63,843 nt of DNA, filler included, from Reticulomyxa filosa (GCA_000512085.1; 23 parts of 23 records of this genome joined end to end with filler, not necessarily neighbours in it), one strand, 5' to 3'. Shown: positions 1 to 13,056, numbered from the whole stretch's first letter. Translations and numbers: made by a program. Notes: generated from the letters alone by a model not told the origin.

Positions 1-73
1 TTTTTTTTTTTTGTTACGTGTGCCAAACTTTGAGAAATCAATGTTGACGACCTTTTGCTCGCTATCACTTGGA

Positions 74-271
74 CTATCTTCTTCTTTTTTCTCTTCTCGA
101 GATCAACTTAACGTGGCAGATGGAGTAACCGGCGCTCAGAAAAATTAGTTTGTTTTTTTCTGCTGCTTTGTCAAAGGCTTCTTTCCACCAGGGGTACCAA
201 TCCACTGGATTATGGTCGTGCAATCGATTAGTATGTTTATGACATTCGTTTTTCGTTTTTTCTGTTTCCAA
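74..271 (-). pseudogene. SPATA20/YyaL (DUF255 thioredoxin-like) N-terminal fragment, internally deleted
   Basis: [18 protein letters not shown]...[14 protein letters not shown] matches the family N-terminus; the usual xxEKSPYLLQ segment is missing and similarity stops at CH (possible GT donor). Confidence 0.65.
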
Positions 272-3200
272 GATTGATATGTTTAAATATATGTTTGACA
301 GAGTTTCAATATTGATTCTGCAAATGAAAGTTAAAATTCTGACTACGACAACCCGACTAATTCCAAGTTTTCTAGTTTTGTTGTTTGGCCATTTTCTGCA
401 ATTTCATTAATACAAAAATAACTTTGTGTTTTTGAGCCAAAGATTACAATTACAGAAAAACATTTTTATCTTACTTTCTTTTGTAATACAAATTTTTTGT
501 AGTCTTTAGAATAACTTGATTTAATATCTACAATTTGAGGGGAAAACTTTTTTAAACTTTTTTCTGGCCTACTTAAGAAAATGAAGCGAAAGTAACAATA
601 ACTCTATAGACAATTTTTAGATCTAAAAAAGGATTTCAATATTTTAAGTGAAACTTTATTTGTGAATATGTGCTCTAGAGGTCCAATATTTGGTAAGAAT
701 ATATTTTGCAAATGTACTGTTTTGTAGAATAAACTTATAATGTAGTTTTATATTTTTTATAGGACAAGGACATGATATCACAATTTTCGTGCCCCCCAAT
801 ACTTCTAACACGTGTAAATGGAGGAATTTCCATAGTTCAAATAATGCAAAGCTGGCAGGTGCAATTCAATTCGCTATAAAAGAGATTGAAGTTTATTTAG
901 TCCAGTGAAGAAAAAAACCTTCATTTTTTTAATGTGATTTATGTGGTACTCTTAAGAAAAATTTGGTGAGTATGAATCAAAAAAGTAAAGGGATTAAATG
1001 AACATAATTTGTATTTTTTGTAAAAGAAATTTGGATTAAAACTTCCCAAATGTTTTTGTCTTCTCGTTTATGAGGACTTATTGTAATTGTACAATCTTTG
1101 CACAATTTTATCCAAGCCCAATCGTTTACTTTGACAGCTCACGAGGAATAGAACATTAGATCGCTGTTTTCACTTAACAAGCTACCGTCCGTCTTGTATA
1201 ATTTTTTCCTCTTTTTTTTGTTTTTCGGCTGATACAAGCGATAGATAACTTCGAACCAAATTTTTATATAAAAGTTTTAGCTTTTTTTTTCTCAAAAAAA
1301 AAACCTGAGATTATTTTCTAATTTTGATTTTGCTTAGAGCTATAGTTTATTGATCATTTTCTCAAAAGTATGTGTCTCTTTGTGACCCAAAGGTCGCACC
1401 ACTTTGGGTTGAAAAAGAAATATTCTGTTATTCTCGTTTGTTTGTGTGGTTACCAAACGAGGAATGAATAAATTGCTTGAAGAACTCATCCAAATATGAG
1501 AAAGAGTTCATCGAATGTGAAGAACAAATTCAACACTTGATGGCAGGCAATGTATGTAGCACTTTCTCCCATATTCAACAGGATGTATTTGCCACCTTTT
1601 TTTTTTATATTGCAATATCTACGGGCAATGACACTTCCACACTGTTTTTTTTTGCAAAAGTGCAACACTTATTATGTCCCATCAAAAAAAAAAAAAGAGA
1701 GTATTCTTCTCGAGTTTGCTTGCACAGATTCAAGCTAACTTCAAATCTTTTCACTTTTGACACTTTCGTATCAATCCCTCGTTGGAACTCACGACGATTT
1801 TCAGTTGGAAATATGAAAATATTTATTTTTTTTAAAAAAGAGATTAATAAAGTTCAAAAGCCTCCATCTTCCAAAGCACGCGAAAAATAAAAGATAAGTT
1901 TTAACAGGTTTGTTTCTAGACAACGCGAAACTTTTCCAAAAAAATTTTAAGGTAACGCAAAGTTTAACATTTTGGGTTAACATTTTTATCAGCTTTCAAA
2001 ATATACTTTTTGTTTACGTACAACCAAGGGAAAATTATAACGAAGCGTTTTTCTAAATTTTTAACAAAAATAGTTCATTTCGATTGCTCTTTTTTTATAT
2101 TTCAGAATTGATACATAAAATATTACATAGTCTGACAAGGAAATATTGATTATGAAAATAACATTTTTCTTTGTTTTTGTACAAGTATTAGGAAAAAAAT
2201 GTACAAACATGATGAACATATTTTCGTTTTCTTCATGACACAAAATTAGAGTCAATTCGAAAAGCTATCATCATTATTATCAATCATTTCGGAAAATAAC
2301 ACAAAAAGTTTTTCATTTTTCTGTAGTGAGAGTTCATGTTCTAAGATGTTGAACTCGGAAGAATTGATGAACGCCTAGTGGGTTAAACTCTTCTAACAAT
2401 TTTTTTCATTCGTTGTGTTATTTTTTCTTTATTTAATTTACTTGTGCTTTGCTGAAGATTTGGTTTTTTGATTAAAACCTTTTTCGTATTACATTTAGGG
2501 CAACTCTTTCAGCTAATGTTCCACAATTCCATGAACTACAATGAGACTACTTTATGGGAATTTTGAAGAAAAAAAGTATTTGTGAATTGGTTCTATTCTT
2601 TCAACAACCAAGACTTGATTAGTTATTGTTTAGTATTGTCTTGCAAACAAAGTTTGAATGTAATTAGAAAGCATAGACAAAAATTAATAATACTCAAAAT
2701 TAAAGCAAATCGAAACCTACAGAAGTGATTTGATTTGGATTATTTACTGTTATGTCTACTATTGTTTGAATTTTTATTCAACATTTGTCATATTAAATCG
2801 AATTACTTAAATGCATTTGTAGTAAACCAAGAAAATATTGTTACAATTTTAATCAAAGATGGTAGGGTATATATGTTCATTTTTCATGCAAAAATACTGA
2901 TATCCATTCTTAGCTGCTACAAGTTCAAATAATGTTAAAGTTCATATTCTTTGAGATTTTGTTTGTAAACAAAATGAATGACATACTTGCTTTTCTTCAC
3001 CATGCGATACTGAAAGATTAAATTTTTTTGCGTTATTCGGTTTATTCTATCAAAAGTATCAGATGTATTTTTGAAATTTTAAAAAATACTAATTTTGTTT
3101 GGATTAAATAATTAAACGTTTTTTTCATTGTTGTACAAATTGTTGTGTTATAAATACGTTAGATTATTTGTCATTGTATCAGTATTATGCAATTATTTAG

Positions 3201-3422
3201 TGATAAATCGAAAGAATTATGTTAAGTCACATTTTTTTGATTAGTACTTTTTATAGAATCGTGCAAGCTCTCAAGTTTTGTTATTTGATTTGGAGGAGAA
3301 AGAAAGCGTTTTTTCTATTTCTGATCGCTAATATCAAGGATATTTTTTTGACAAATATAATACTCTGTCATTTCAAAATGTACATTCAATTATGCGAAAA
3401 CTTCCATTTTTAACTTTTGCAT

Positions 3423-3522
3423 NNNNNNNNNNNNNNNNNNNNNNNNNNNNNNNNNNNNNNNNNNNNTTAATTAATTAANNNNNNNNNNNNNNNNNNNNNN
3501 NNNNNNNNNNNNNNNNNNNNNN
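3423..3522. other. Artificial contig-joining spacer (44 N + TTAATTAATTAA + 44 N); first of 22, others start at 5951, 7710, 8826, 10046, 12826, 17367, 19414, 21260, 23882, 26006, 30846, 32523, 37482, 41955, 43432, 44532, 46499, 55476, 56602, 60514, 62129
   Basis: Identical 100-nt unit repeated; TTAATTAATTAA gives stops in all six frames; genes are truncated at spacer edges. Confidence 0.98.
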
Positions 3523-3572
3523 AGTCAGCAAAGATTAACACGTTTTTTTTTTTTTTTTTTTTTACAAAATAG

Positions 3573-4067
3573 GGGTTTGATAGTGAAGAGGAATCAGAGG
3601 CCGAAAAAGAAAAAGCCAATGAAGTCATTACGCAACAAATGAAGGTAGAAAACGCACACAATATGACAGAAATGGCTCAGACAACTGTGGACAAAGAGAA
3701 AGAGACAGAGAAAGAAAGGGAAAAGAGCAAGACGATAGACAGAGAGATTGTGACACAAGTAAAAACAGAAAATGTCAAAGAAGTAGTCCAAGATACTGAA
3801 ACCAAATCTCTTATATTCAATGGTAGGGACTTACACCGCCCGTTGGATAGTGCGGATGAGGACAGCGAAGAACCCGAGACAAATTTTCACGATAAGATTG
3901 TTTGTCAATATACTCAGGTTCAAAGAAATAAAAATGAATGGCTTGTGGAATTGAAAAATGGAATTATGCATATCAACGGCAAAGATTATGCATTTGCACA
4001 AGCTTCCAACGGAAATTTGAGATGGAGTGTGGATGGCGATGAAAATATTGAAGCAAATGAACATTAG
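3573..4067 (+). CDS. GTF2A1: Transcription factor IIA large subunit (alpha/beta), last exon
   Basis: Acidic region then DKIVCQYTQVQRNKNEWLVELKNGIMHINGKDYAFAQASNGNLRW, matching the TFIIA C-terminal CQYDKIHRSKNKWKFHLKDGIMNLNGRDY..W; AG acceptor at 3571-3572. Confidence 0.9.
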   Translation, partial: GFDSEEESEAEKEKANEVITQQMKVENAHNMTEMAQTTVDKEKETEKEREKSKTIDREIVTQVKTENVKEVVQDTETKSLIFNGRDLHRPLDSADEDSEEPETNFHDKIVCQYTQVQRNKNEWLVELKNGIMHINGKDYAFAQASNGNLRWSVDGDENIEANEH

Positions 4068-4683
4068 CCTTTCTTTTTTTTTGTTCCAGTTGCCACCGCT
4101 GTGTGCTGCATTGATATCGCATGTCCTCTTTGTCTTTTCCTTCGCTGTTCGCTTGGAAAGGAGATTCGATTTGAAAGAGCAAAACCATTTTTATGTGCAA
4201 TTTTATTTTGCTTATTTTTTGAGCGATTCAAAGTGCTGTGTAAAATGTAGCCACGGGAGGAACATACTCTTCGCTCTAGCATTTTCATTCTTTTTTTTTT
4301 TTTCAAGACTCGAGGAAAAAAAAAAACGATTAGCAAATGCTTTTCCGCTTAAATGTGCCCACAGTCAAGACAATTGTTCACAGCAAAACAACAAGAAAAG
4401 GCTGTACTGTTACAACTTTTGTTCGATCCAAGAAAAAGAACGTCTATATTTGATTTTCAACATGCCAAAAAAAAAGAATTAAGTTCGAAACGACAAAACA
4501 ATGCAAAACAGAAAACGCCAAATGGCGCTCTCTCTCTCCCTCAAAAAAAAAAAGTAGAATTAAATCATATGAGAAAGGCTTCCACGTGATTCATTTATTA
4601 ATTATTTTCAACAAAAGCAAAAAAAAACCAAAAAAAAAAAAGGAAAAGCAGAAATTTGTAAATACGTAAGAAAAGGGTGATAT

Positions 4684-5807
4684 TTAATTCCAGCCCCAGT
4701 CATCGTCATCGGCAAGAGTGACTGTTTTGCCATTTTGGGTGTTTGCACTGTTTTTTTGTTTGTTGTCTTTTTCGCTTTGTTGATTGGAAGCATTGGCAGT
4801 TGGGACTTCGTCATCACTGAATCCATCCAAATCCACAGTTGCCAAATCTTTCTTGGACACGTTGGCAGTTGGACGTGAAATTCCCGAGTTTTGGGAAGAT
4901 TTCAGGTTCAGATTTTTCACTCCTTCAGAAATGTCATTTTTTTTACGTTGTGAAGATTGGGACTGAGGTTGAGACTTTGCCAATGGTTTGATATTTTTTG
5001 GACGATTTTGCAATATGGCATCAATATCATCATCGTCTTGTTCTTGCTCTTGTTCTTGTTCTTGTTCCAATTCCGTTCCTGGTTCTGGTTCTGGTTTTGT
5101 TTCTTCTTCTTCTTCTTCTCTTTGTTGTTCTTCTTCTTGAAAACCCCAATCATTATCATCGCCGTTAAGATCATTATCATTGTCATTTTTTTTTATAGAA
5201 TTGACAACGGTTGGTTTTGTCTGATCGATAGTCCTTTTGACATTGGACCCATAGCCTCCACTACTCTTCTGACTGTTTAACCCATTGCCAGTTTTGGCTG
5301 CACTTGATGCATTTGGCATATTATTTCTTTCAAAGAATGTTTCCGAGGACAGGGCCTGTCCGCTGTATTTACCAGATTGTTGTTTTATGGAGTTGTCTGG
5401 GTTGTACAATTGAATATCGCCATTGTCTTCGTTTTCATCTACCAATGTACGGATCTAATCCCCACCACCACCATCAATATTCCGATGTTTGTTTATTTAG
5501 CCAAATATTGCATACACAAACATATGACACATAAATCATATATATATACGTGTATACACATATATATATATATATGTATATGTATATATATGCATATATA
5601 TATATACATATAACAAAGCTGATTTTTGTGCTGAAGTCCACCACGACGAAACATTTGAAGAAACGGCAGTCCAGCTATGAGATGCGGATTGACTAAGTTT
5701 GTTGCTAAGTTCGGGATCTTGCAGTTGTTCCTTGACTTTGGAGGACGCGACGGACGCCTTTTCTCCCAGCTGGGACGCAACTACTTTGGTTTTGCTCGCC
5801 AAGCCTG
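4684..5807 (-). CDS. Probable ArfGAP1/Gcs1-like protein, C-terminal exons (about 5807-5608 and 5454-4684)
   Basis: Ser/Thr/Trp-rich amphipathic segment SQSASHSWTAVSSNVSSWWTSA (ALPS-like), long disordered tail ending DDDDWGWN; intron contains a TA microsatellite; GAP domain not in contig. Confidence 0.5.
5536..5610. repeat. (TA)n/(TATG) microsatellite in intron
   Basis: Direct sequence. Confidence 0.85.
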
Positions 5808-5912
5808 ACAAATGAAGAAAGATGAGGAAGGGAAAGAAACAAAACAAGCAACAATGATTTTTATACTATTATATACAATATATAATTTTTTTTTTTTTTT
5901 TTTTTTGGAACC

Positions 5913-5950
<38 letters not shown>

Positions 5951-6881
5951 NNNNNNNNNNNNNNNNNNNNNNNNNNNNNNNNNNNNNNNNNNNNTTAATT
6001 AATTAANNNNNNNNNNNNNNNNNNNNNNNNNNNNNNNNNNNNNNNNNNNNGAACAAGGACATTATAGAATTATCTCACTATCAAGAAGTTCAATTCCTCC
6101 TTCTCCCTCAAAAGAAAGCTTGAAACTTGTACAATCTACCAAGACTTTTTCACGACAGTATAAGGGTAACAAAGACAATACTATAACGGAAGGAAATGAA
6201 GCTCTCTTAGTCCAGATATAATTTTTTGAGAAAGTCAAATCACAGGTTTACTAAACGAACAAAAAGTTTTAAAATATTAGATATTAAAAAATAGTAAAAT
6301 ATAAGGAGATCATATTTTCTCGTGTGCCTTCTTTCAGATAACAAGCATATACTTTACAATTCGCAAAAATACAGTTGAAAATTTTGTAACTTACAAAAAT
6401 TTTCGTTTTGTATGAATCGACTAAAAATCACAACTGATTTGATAAAAAATTATTCTTTTAATACAAAAAAATGCAATAAAATTTGATACCTTAAATTGGA
6501 TTTGGGTCAAAGTAAAAAAAATTTTTAAGCACAATAAACATGAAGAATAAAGCAAATTTGTTATTTTTTAATTAATTTTTTAAATAATTAAAAGATTATC
6601 AAAGATAATTCATCATAGTCTATGCATAAAGATTTTCTTGGCCAGTTACATGCCCTTAAACTTTAATGCGCCATATTGGCACCATTTTTCGCCTGTGAAC
6701 TACATAAATCAACTTATTGATTTTTTTTCAAGTGAAACACAAAACAGCTCGTGTTTAGTGAGTCAGTTGAATTTTTATTTCGACCCATTTTGGTTCATTC
6801 AAGATCCCAAAAGCGAGACTTGGTTGATAATCTTTGAATTCACAGCCATCATTTAACATAGTAAACAAAAAATCCGTTTCC

Positions 6882-7601
6882 ATGGGGTGCTTTCATTCAA
6901 CGACAGATTCTCCTAGAATTTTGATGTTAGGACTCGACGGCGCAGGCAAAACTACAATATTGTACAGACTAAAATTGGGAGAAGTCCAGCCAACCACACA
7001 ACTATTGGTTTAAAAAAAAACAGTCAAACAGATGATACAGCATGTGTTTTTTTATTTCCTATGTTATTAAAAATGTACGATTTTGTTTGTTATTCTTCAA
7101 AAAAACAAAAAATAAAAAAATATTGGAAAAAAAGAAAACTACAACACCAATTAAATAACATAGGATTTAACTTGGAACAAGTCACTTATAATGGGTTAGA
7201 ATTTGGTGTTTGGGATGTCGGTGGACAGTTAAGTATCACTACAGTGACAACACTACAAGACCAAAAAAAAGATAAAATGTACAGCAAAAAGAGAAAATTT
7301 TTTTTTTTATTGAGATGATTGTTTTTTTATTAAAAAAAAAAAAATAGAGACAAAATTCGACCACTTTGGAGACATTATTATCCAGTTATGTCTACAAAGA
7401 CATTTTTTTTTTTATCGTCTTAAAATACGTATAATTTTTTAATGTTGTGGGGACCAAAAAAAAATAGGGCACAGAGGGATAATCTTCGTTGTCGATAGCA
7501 ATGACTCACAAAGATTTTATGAAGCAAAAGAGGAACTTCAAGGGCTCATGAACGAAGCAGAGCTTATCGATGCTACACTATTGGTGTATGCAAATAAACA
7601 G
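6882..7601 (+). CDS. ARF: ADP-ribosylation factor (Arf) family small GTPase, 3' partial; exons 6882-7007, 7164-7227, 7348-7384, 7468-7601
   Basis: [52 protein letters not shown]/..[18 protein letters not shown] with GT-AG introns; one-base shortfall in the G run at 7476-7478. Confidence 0.93.
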
Positions 7602-7809
7602 GTGATTTTTTAAAAAAGAAAAAAAAACACCTCTACCTACTCACACCCCTCTCTCCTCTTTTTGGATTCAATGAGACACCAGCTTAAGTGTTGGTGTTTG
7701 TTCATCGACNNNNNNNNNNNNNNNNNNNNNNNNNNNNNNNNNNNNNNNNNNNNTTAATTAATTAANNNNNNNNNNNNNNNNNNNNNNNNNNNNNNNNNNN
7801 NNNNNNNNN

Positions 7810-8005
7810 ACTGTGACTGTGACTGTGACTGTGGTTGTAAATGCAATGCAAGAGATTGCATTCGCATTGAATCCATTACTATGTTGGTCCCCACTTTTTC
7901 ATTGCTCGTTGACAACATATTCGCTGCTGTTGAGATTACAATGCCATTATCATCATTACTTGTTTCATTGCTTACTTCTTCTTTTTCTTTTATCTTTTCA
8001 TCCAT
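7810..8005 (-). CDS. Hypothetical protein, N-terminal part with QS repeat
   Basis: ATG-initiated ORF running into contig end; (CAGTCA)n repeat. Confidence 0.45.
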
Positions 8006-9190
8006 GATCAGTTTATTATAACACGTTGTTGTTTTTTTTTTTCAAAAGTATTTATTTATTTATTTATGTTGAAGTTTATTCCGAATTTGCGCCGATCACG
8101 TTTCCGGTCCAAAATTTTTACCAAAGTAATCCCAAATTTTGTTCGCGCCGAAAAACAAGATATTTCAAAAGCAAAGAACAAAATCACACCAACAAACAAA
8201 AGACAGAGTTGGCAAGAATATTTGTCCTTATCTCTGGATGCTCACCAATACTTAAATACCAGATTTCACCTTTTTTCAAAAAAGGATTTGATTTTCTAAC
8301 GGAAAAATGACGCCCAACGCCAAAACAAAAAAAATTGAGCTATTATGGATTTGCGTTAAGTTCTTGAATTTTTTTTTCCCCCCTTTTTCCGTCTTGCACT
8401 CCTTTGTTTTTCCACAACAAACAAGTAAAAAAAAGTATTATTATAACTAAAATAAGAACAAGAAAAATAAAAGTTCAATTTTCTTGATTTTAAGCGTAGT
8501 TTTCACGCTTAAAAGTTGGTATAAAAACACAGATTTCTAAAACGAGGACGGTAATTAAAAATACTATACCTTCAGTGAAATACGGTCTATGGCAAAGAGA
8601 TACTGAACAGAAACTCACTTTTAATTTTGCAGATGTCTCTTTTTTTGCAATGAACAAAAAAGAAAAGAAATGCGATGTTTGCTACTGCTGGTGACAACGA
8701 GCTCAGTTAAGATTTTTTTGCATGGACTGTATTTCAAGCAATAACTAGCCAGGTCTGGAGGAAATACTGGATTCAACACCACAAATTCTTTTGTCATTAG
8801 TCCAAAACAACACTCGGATGTCCAANNNNNNNNNNNNNNNNNNNNNNNNNNNNNNNNNNNNNNNNNNNNTTAATTAATTAANNNNNNNNNNNNNNNNNNN
8901 NNNNNNNNNNNNNNNNNNNNNNNNNATCAAATCGAATCACGGAACATTTAAACAAAACAAAATAAAAAAACGATCGAAATGTTGCACTGTGCATTTTCTT
9001 TATGCCTCCGCAATTGCGCAATTTTTTTGATAACACTTGCCAAATGTGTCTCAGCGCCATAATGACCTCGAAAAACGAGCAACAAGTAAGTAGTAGTTTT
9101 TGTTTTGTTAAATATGTGAATGTAATGTAGTATATATATATATATATATATACCCTGAAAGCAAAAACAAAAACAAAAAAAATGGAATAG

Positions 9191-9921
9191 TGCACAGCGA
9201 TATGAAAATGTTGGCCAAACTGAATCTGGTGGAATGGTCGAAATTTGCAACGGAGGAATTGATGAAAAGAGAAGAGTTGATCCAGTCACAAGCCGAGCAA
9301 GTTCGGTCGGCATTTTTGGTGATGGAGGCTTTTCCAAATATGCGAGACCAGTTGTTGCGCCAGCCTGAACTTGTTCTCACAGACGAGTTCCAAAGGAAAG
9401 TGGAGCATGTGCAAAATCAATCGCGACTGGTCAGGAAAAGAGGAAGTGATGAGGAAGCAGGACCAGAAGGAGAAAAAGGAGGAGGAGGAGGAGGAAGAAG
9501 AAGAGGAGAAAAAGATACAGTGACAGATAAAAATCCATTAATAATGAGTCATCTTGTGCAGCAGCAACAACAACTCAATGGCAATGTTGTGCTCACAGAT
9601 ACAACACAACATATAATTGAAGGCGATAGTGGTCCTCATCTATTATCTTCTTCTTCTTCTTCATTATCTCCAGCACCAACAGCAGCAGGACCACGATCGG
9701 CTCCTCCTCCTCCTCCTCCTCCTCCGTCGTCGTCTTCACGTCAAAGACAAGGAATAACGCCCGACGATAGCGTGCGCGCTCATCATCCGACCAGTGTGGA
9801 AGGCAAACGAAATACGACACAGTCCCACGCTGAAGACAGCAAGAGCTCTTCCAAATCCATTTCTGTTGAAGGAGATGATCACACCACCACTGTTGCTGTT
9901 CAAGACGGAACCAATCCTTGA
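9191..9921 (+). CDS. Hypothetical protein, terminal exon with Gly/Ser/Pro-rich tail
   Basis: 243-codon open frame after AG acceptor; GTAAGT donor upstream near 9086; raised GC. Confidence 0.6.
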
Positions 9922-10145
9922 CACACACATACACACACATATGCATATTCACAGCTCTGCGGTCCAAGTGTTAGATAATATGTCTTATATATGTATTATT
10001 TTTTTTTTTTTTTTTTTGTATTGACAAAAAAAAAAAAAAAAAAAANNNNNNNNNNNNNNNNNNNNNNNNNNNNNNNNNNNNNNNNNNNNTTAATTAATTA
10101 ANNNNNNNNNNNNNNNNNNNNNNNNNNNNNNNNNNNNNNNNNNNN

Positions 10146-11757
10146 AATGGAAAATGTCCAATTCAACAACATGAGCATTGCGAATTTTCGCAAGTTAAAA
10201 CTGCGAAAAAATTAGTGTCTGAATTATTGGTAATTTGTCCTCGACAATTTGATTTAACAAAAGAGCAATTAAATGGAGGGATAAAATCAGGAGAAGAAGG
10301 GGAACCCTGGAATGAATCAAATCCAAATTTAAATTTAAATTTAAATTTAAATTCAAAAAATAATTGCAATTGCGATTATAAAGGAAAAATAAAAGATTTG
10401 AAAGATCATTTGGATAAATCATGCAATTTGATTCCAACCAAACAAAGTATTCCATATGAAATTATAAATCAATTGAATGCAATGAATGGACAAATCAAAG
10501 AATTGCAAAATGTAGTTAAAGATTTACAATTGCAACTCAAAGATGTGAAAGATAAGGACAATGAAAAAGATAAACAAATTGAACAAACCAATGTATTCAA
10601 CTTTTTTTTTTTTTTTTTGCAATCTATTTTTTTTTAATTTAACTTTCACTACTTAAAATTTATTACAATAAAAAAAATTACAGAAACAAATAAACGATTT
10701 AAAGGTCGAATCATTAAAAAAAGAGCAACAAGTAATTCAACAAATTGACAATTTAAAACATGAATTACAAGAAAAAGATGAAACAATAACTGCATTAACA
10801 AACAACATTCAACAATTTAAAATGGATAATATTGAATTCAAAAAACAATTGAACCAATTTGAAATGAAATTTGATCAATACAAACAAAATATCGAAACCA
10901 AAGTAGAAAATCAAACTACAAATATTCAACAACTTCAAACACAATTTGAACAAGAACAAAAAAATGAACAAAAAGAACGAGAACAAGACATCTCTGAACT
11001 CAAATACAATAAAAATTGTCAACATATGGTCTCATTTCTCACTCCTTTCAATCTAAAAAATGGAGTTGATTTTTTATTAGTCAATGAAAATAAACAAACA
11101 ATAAAATTAAAAAATAATGAATGGAATAATTATAATTTTGGAATATTTTTACTTGGAGAAAATATCACTATAACTCTTAATTGTAATGATCTTGGACATC
11201 TAAAAATCAAAACAAGTCATTTGTGGATTAAACATTCTTCATCCAAAATTGATTGCTCACAATTGGGATATCCAACAAATCAAGGTCCTGGAAAGGGTGA
11301 ACATAGCGGAGGTGGTGGATATGGAACGAAAGGAAAAGGAAATAATGGATCAGGTGGAGAAATGTATGGAGAAAAGAATTTGTTGAAACAAATTCATTTT
11401 GGAAGTGGAGGTGGAAGTGCATTTAATTACATTGGAGGAAGTGGTGGTGGAATAATTGAACTGATAATTGAACAACAATTGACCAATCATGGATCGATTC
11501 AATCCAATGGAAGGGATGGATGGAATGGCGATGGTGGTGGAAGTGGAGGATCAATATTGATTGAATTGCAATATCAATATCAATCTCATTTAAATAAATT
11601 GAAACAAACTTTTGGAACTATCACATGTATTGGAGGCAATCGAAATAATGGGATGTACAAAGGTGGAAAAGGGAGAATTGCAATTTATGGTATTGAATTA
11701 TCATCAGATGATATTTTAGAAATGGATCCAAAACCATTTAATAGACTTCACAAATAA
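10146..11757 (+). CDS. TRAF-type zinc finger / coiled-coil / glycine-rich domain protein, 5' partial; exons 10146-10592, 10684-11757
   Basis: RING-end-like CP motif, then VICPRQ..CDYKGKIKDLKDHLDKSC (TRAF-type Zn finger), coiled coil, and C-terminal GGGGYG..HFGSGGG..GGSGGGIIEL..GGGSGGSILI..GGKGRIAIYG; phase-0 GT-AG intron. Confidence 0.75.
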
Positions 11758-12925
11758 TTTCATTTTTTTGAATTGAAATTATTTTTTGTTTTCAAATGAT
11801 TTTTATTTTACCAGTTTCAAATTATTTAATTAATTAAATATTTCATAGTATATTACATTTTGAAATTTTTTAGTTCTAAATTTAGCAGGTAAACATGCAT
11901 CTATAACTTTGTCAAGATTTTGATACTCTCGTGAGCTGTCTGCCCCAGCAGTGTTTATGCATTTGTTGAGCCGAGGAATAGCGGAAAATTTTAAAATCAC
12001 AAGAATTTTGTGTTTCTTTTCATATGATTTCAACCTTTAAAATACATTATCTTTTTTTACCTTTAAAAGTGAAAACAACTTTGTGACCAAAATTTTCTCA
12101 TAATTTATTTATGTTTGCTATACATATTCAAAGAAAAATATGTTCGTTGAAAACACCAAATTTAGTTTATTGTAAAAGAAAAGTAAGATGATATTACATT
12201 TGTTTAATTTGATTGAATGCAAGCATTGAAAGATGTGTTTTATTTTACTTTGTTGTTTAAAAAATTGAAAAAGCTGCGTTCAATGTTTTTTGAAGAATTG
12301 AAAATTACAATAAATAAAAATTGTATCCAATATCAAAATAAATTGCAAGATATTTCAAGTATTGTATCTTTTGTATAGAATCAAACACGATCGTTTTTGT
12401 ATTATTTCATGATGTATTTCTTTTTTGTTTTGAAGAACATGTGATATTTCAAAATTGAAATTTTTTCAAATAATGCAACAATAGATATAGAAAGAGAAAG
12501 GTGTTCTACATTGAAAGGCAGACAGCAAAGTGATGACAGCTCTTTTGATCACTAAATGTACATTGAAATGAGTTATATTGATCACTTATAAATATTTTAT
12601 CCAATTGTGAATTACTGCAGATGGAACATCGACAATGTAAGAATATTATTAAAAACAACAAATGTATGACTTTGCTGATGAGCATATTTATTATTAAATT
12701 AACTTTCAAATATCTTAAATGTACATCTTATTGAGAATAATTTTAATCAATTTTTCATTTCAAAAACATGAAAAACTGGACATAATGTTTTTGTTTAGAA
12801 TAATTTCAGTTTTTTTGACTATTACNNNNNNNNNNNNNNNNNNNNNNNNNNNNNNNNNNNNNNNNNNNNTTAATTAATTAANNNNNNNNNNNNNNNNNNN
12901 NNNNNNNNNNNNNNNNNNNNNNNNN

Positions 12926-12960
<35 letters not shown>

Positions 12961-13056
12961 TATGTGTATACCCCTTTTTCAAAAAAAAAAAAAATAAACA
13001 AACAGTGTGATAAAAGAAACGAAACATAAACAACATACACTACGTGCACACAAAAG

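Noticed and set aside
1380-1890. Possible minus-strand spliced gene or plus-strand ORF 1477-1890
   Set aside because: No recognisable motif and no consistent exon chain
3467-3478. Regularly recurring palindrome TTAATTAATTAA as a CRISPR-like or biological repeat
   Set aside because: Always centred in 44+44 N; a six-frame-stop assembly linker. ORF ends reading XXX-LIN are artefacts
10326-10352. (AAATTT)n palindromic run encoding NLNLNL
   Set aside because: Simple coding slippage repeat in a variable loop
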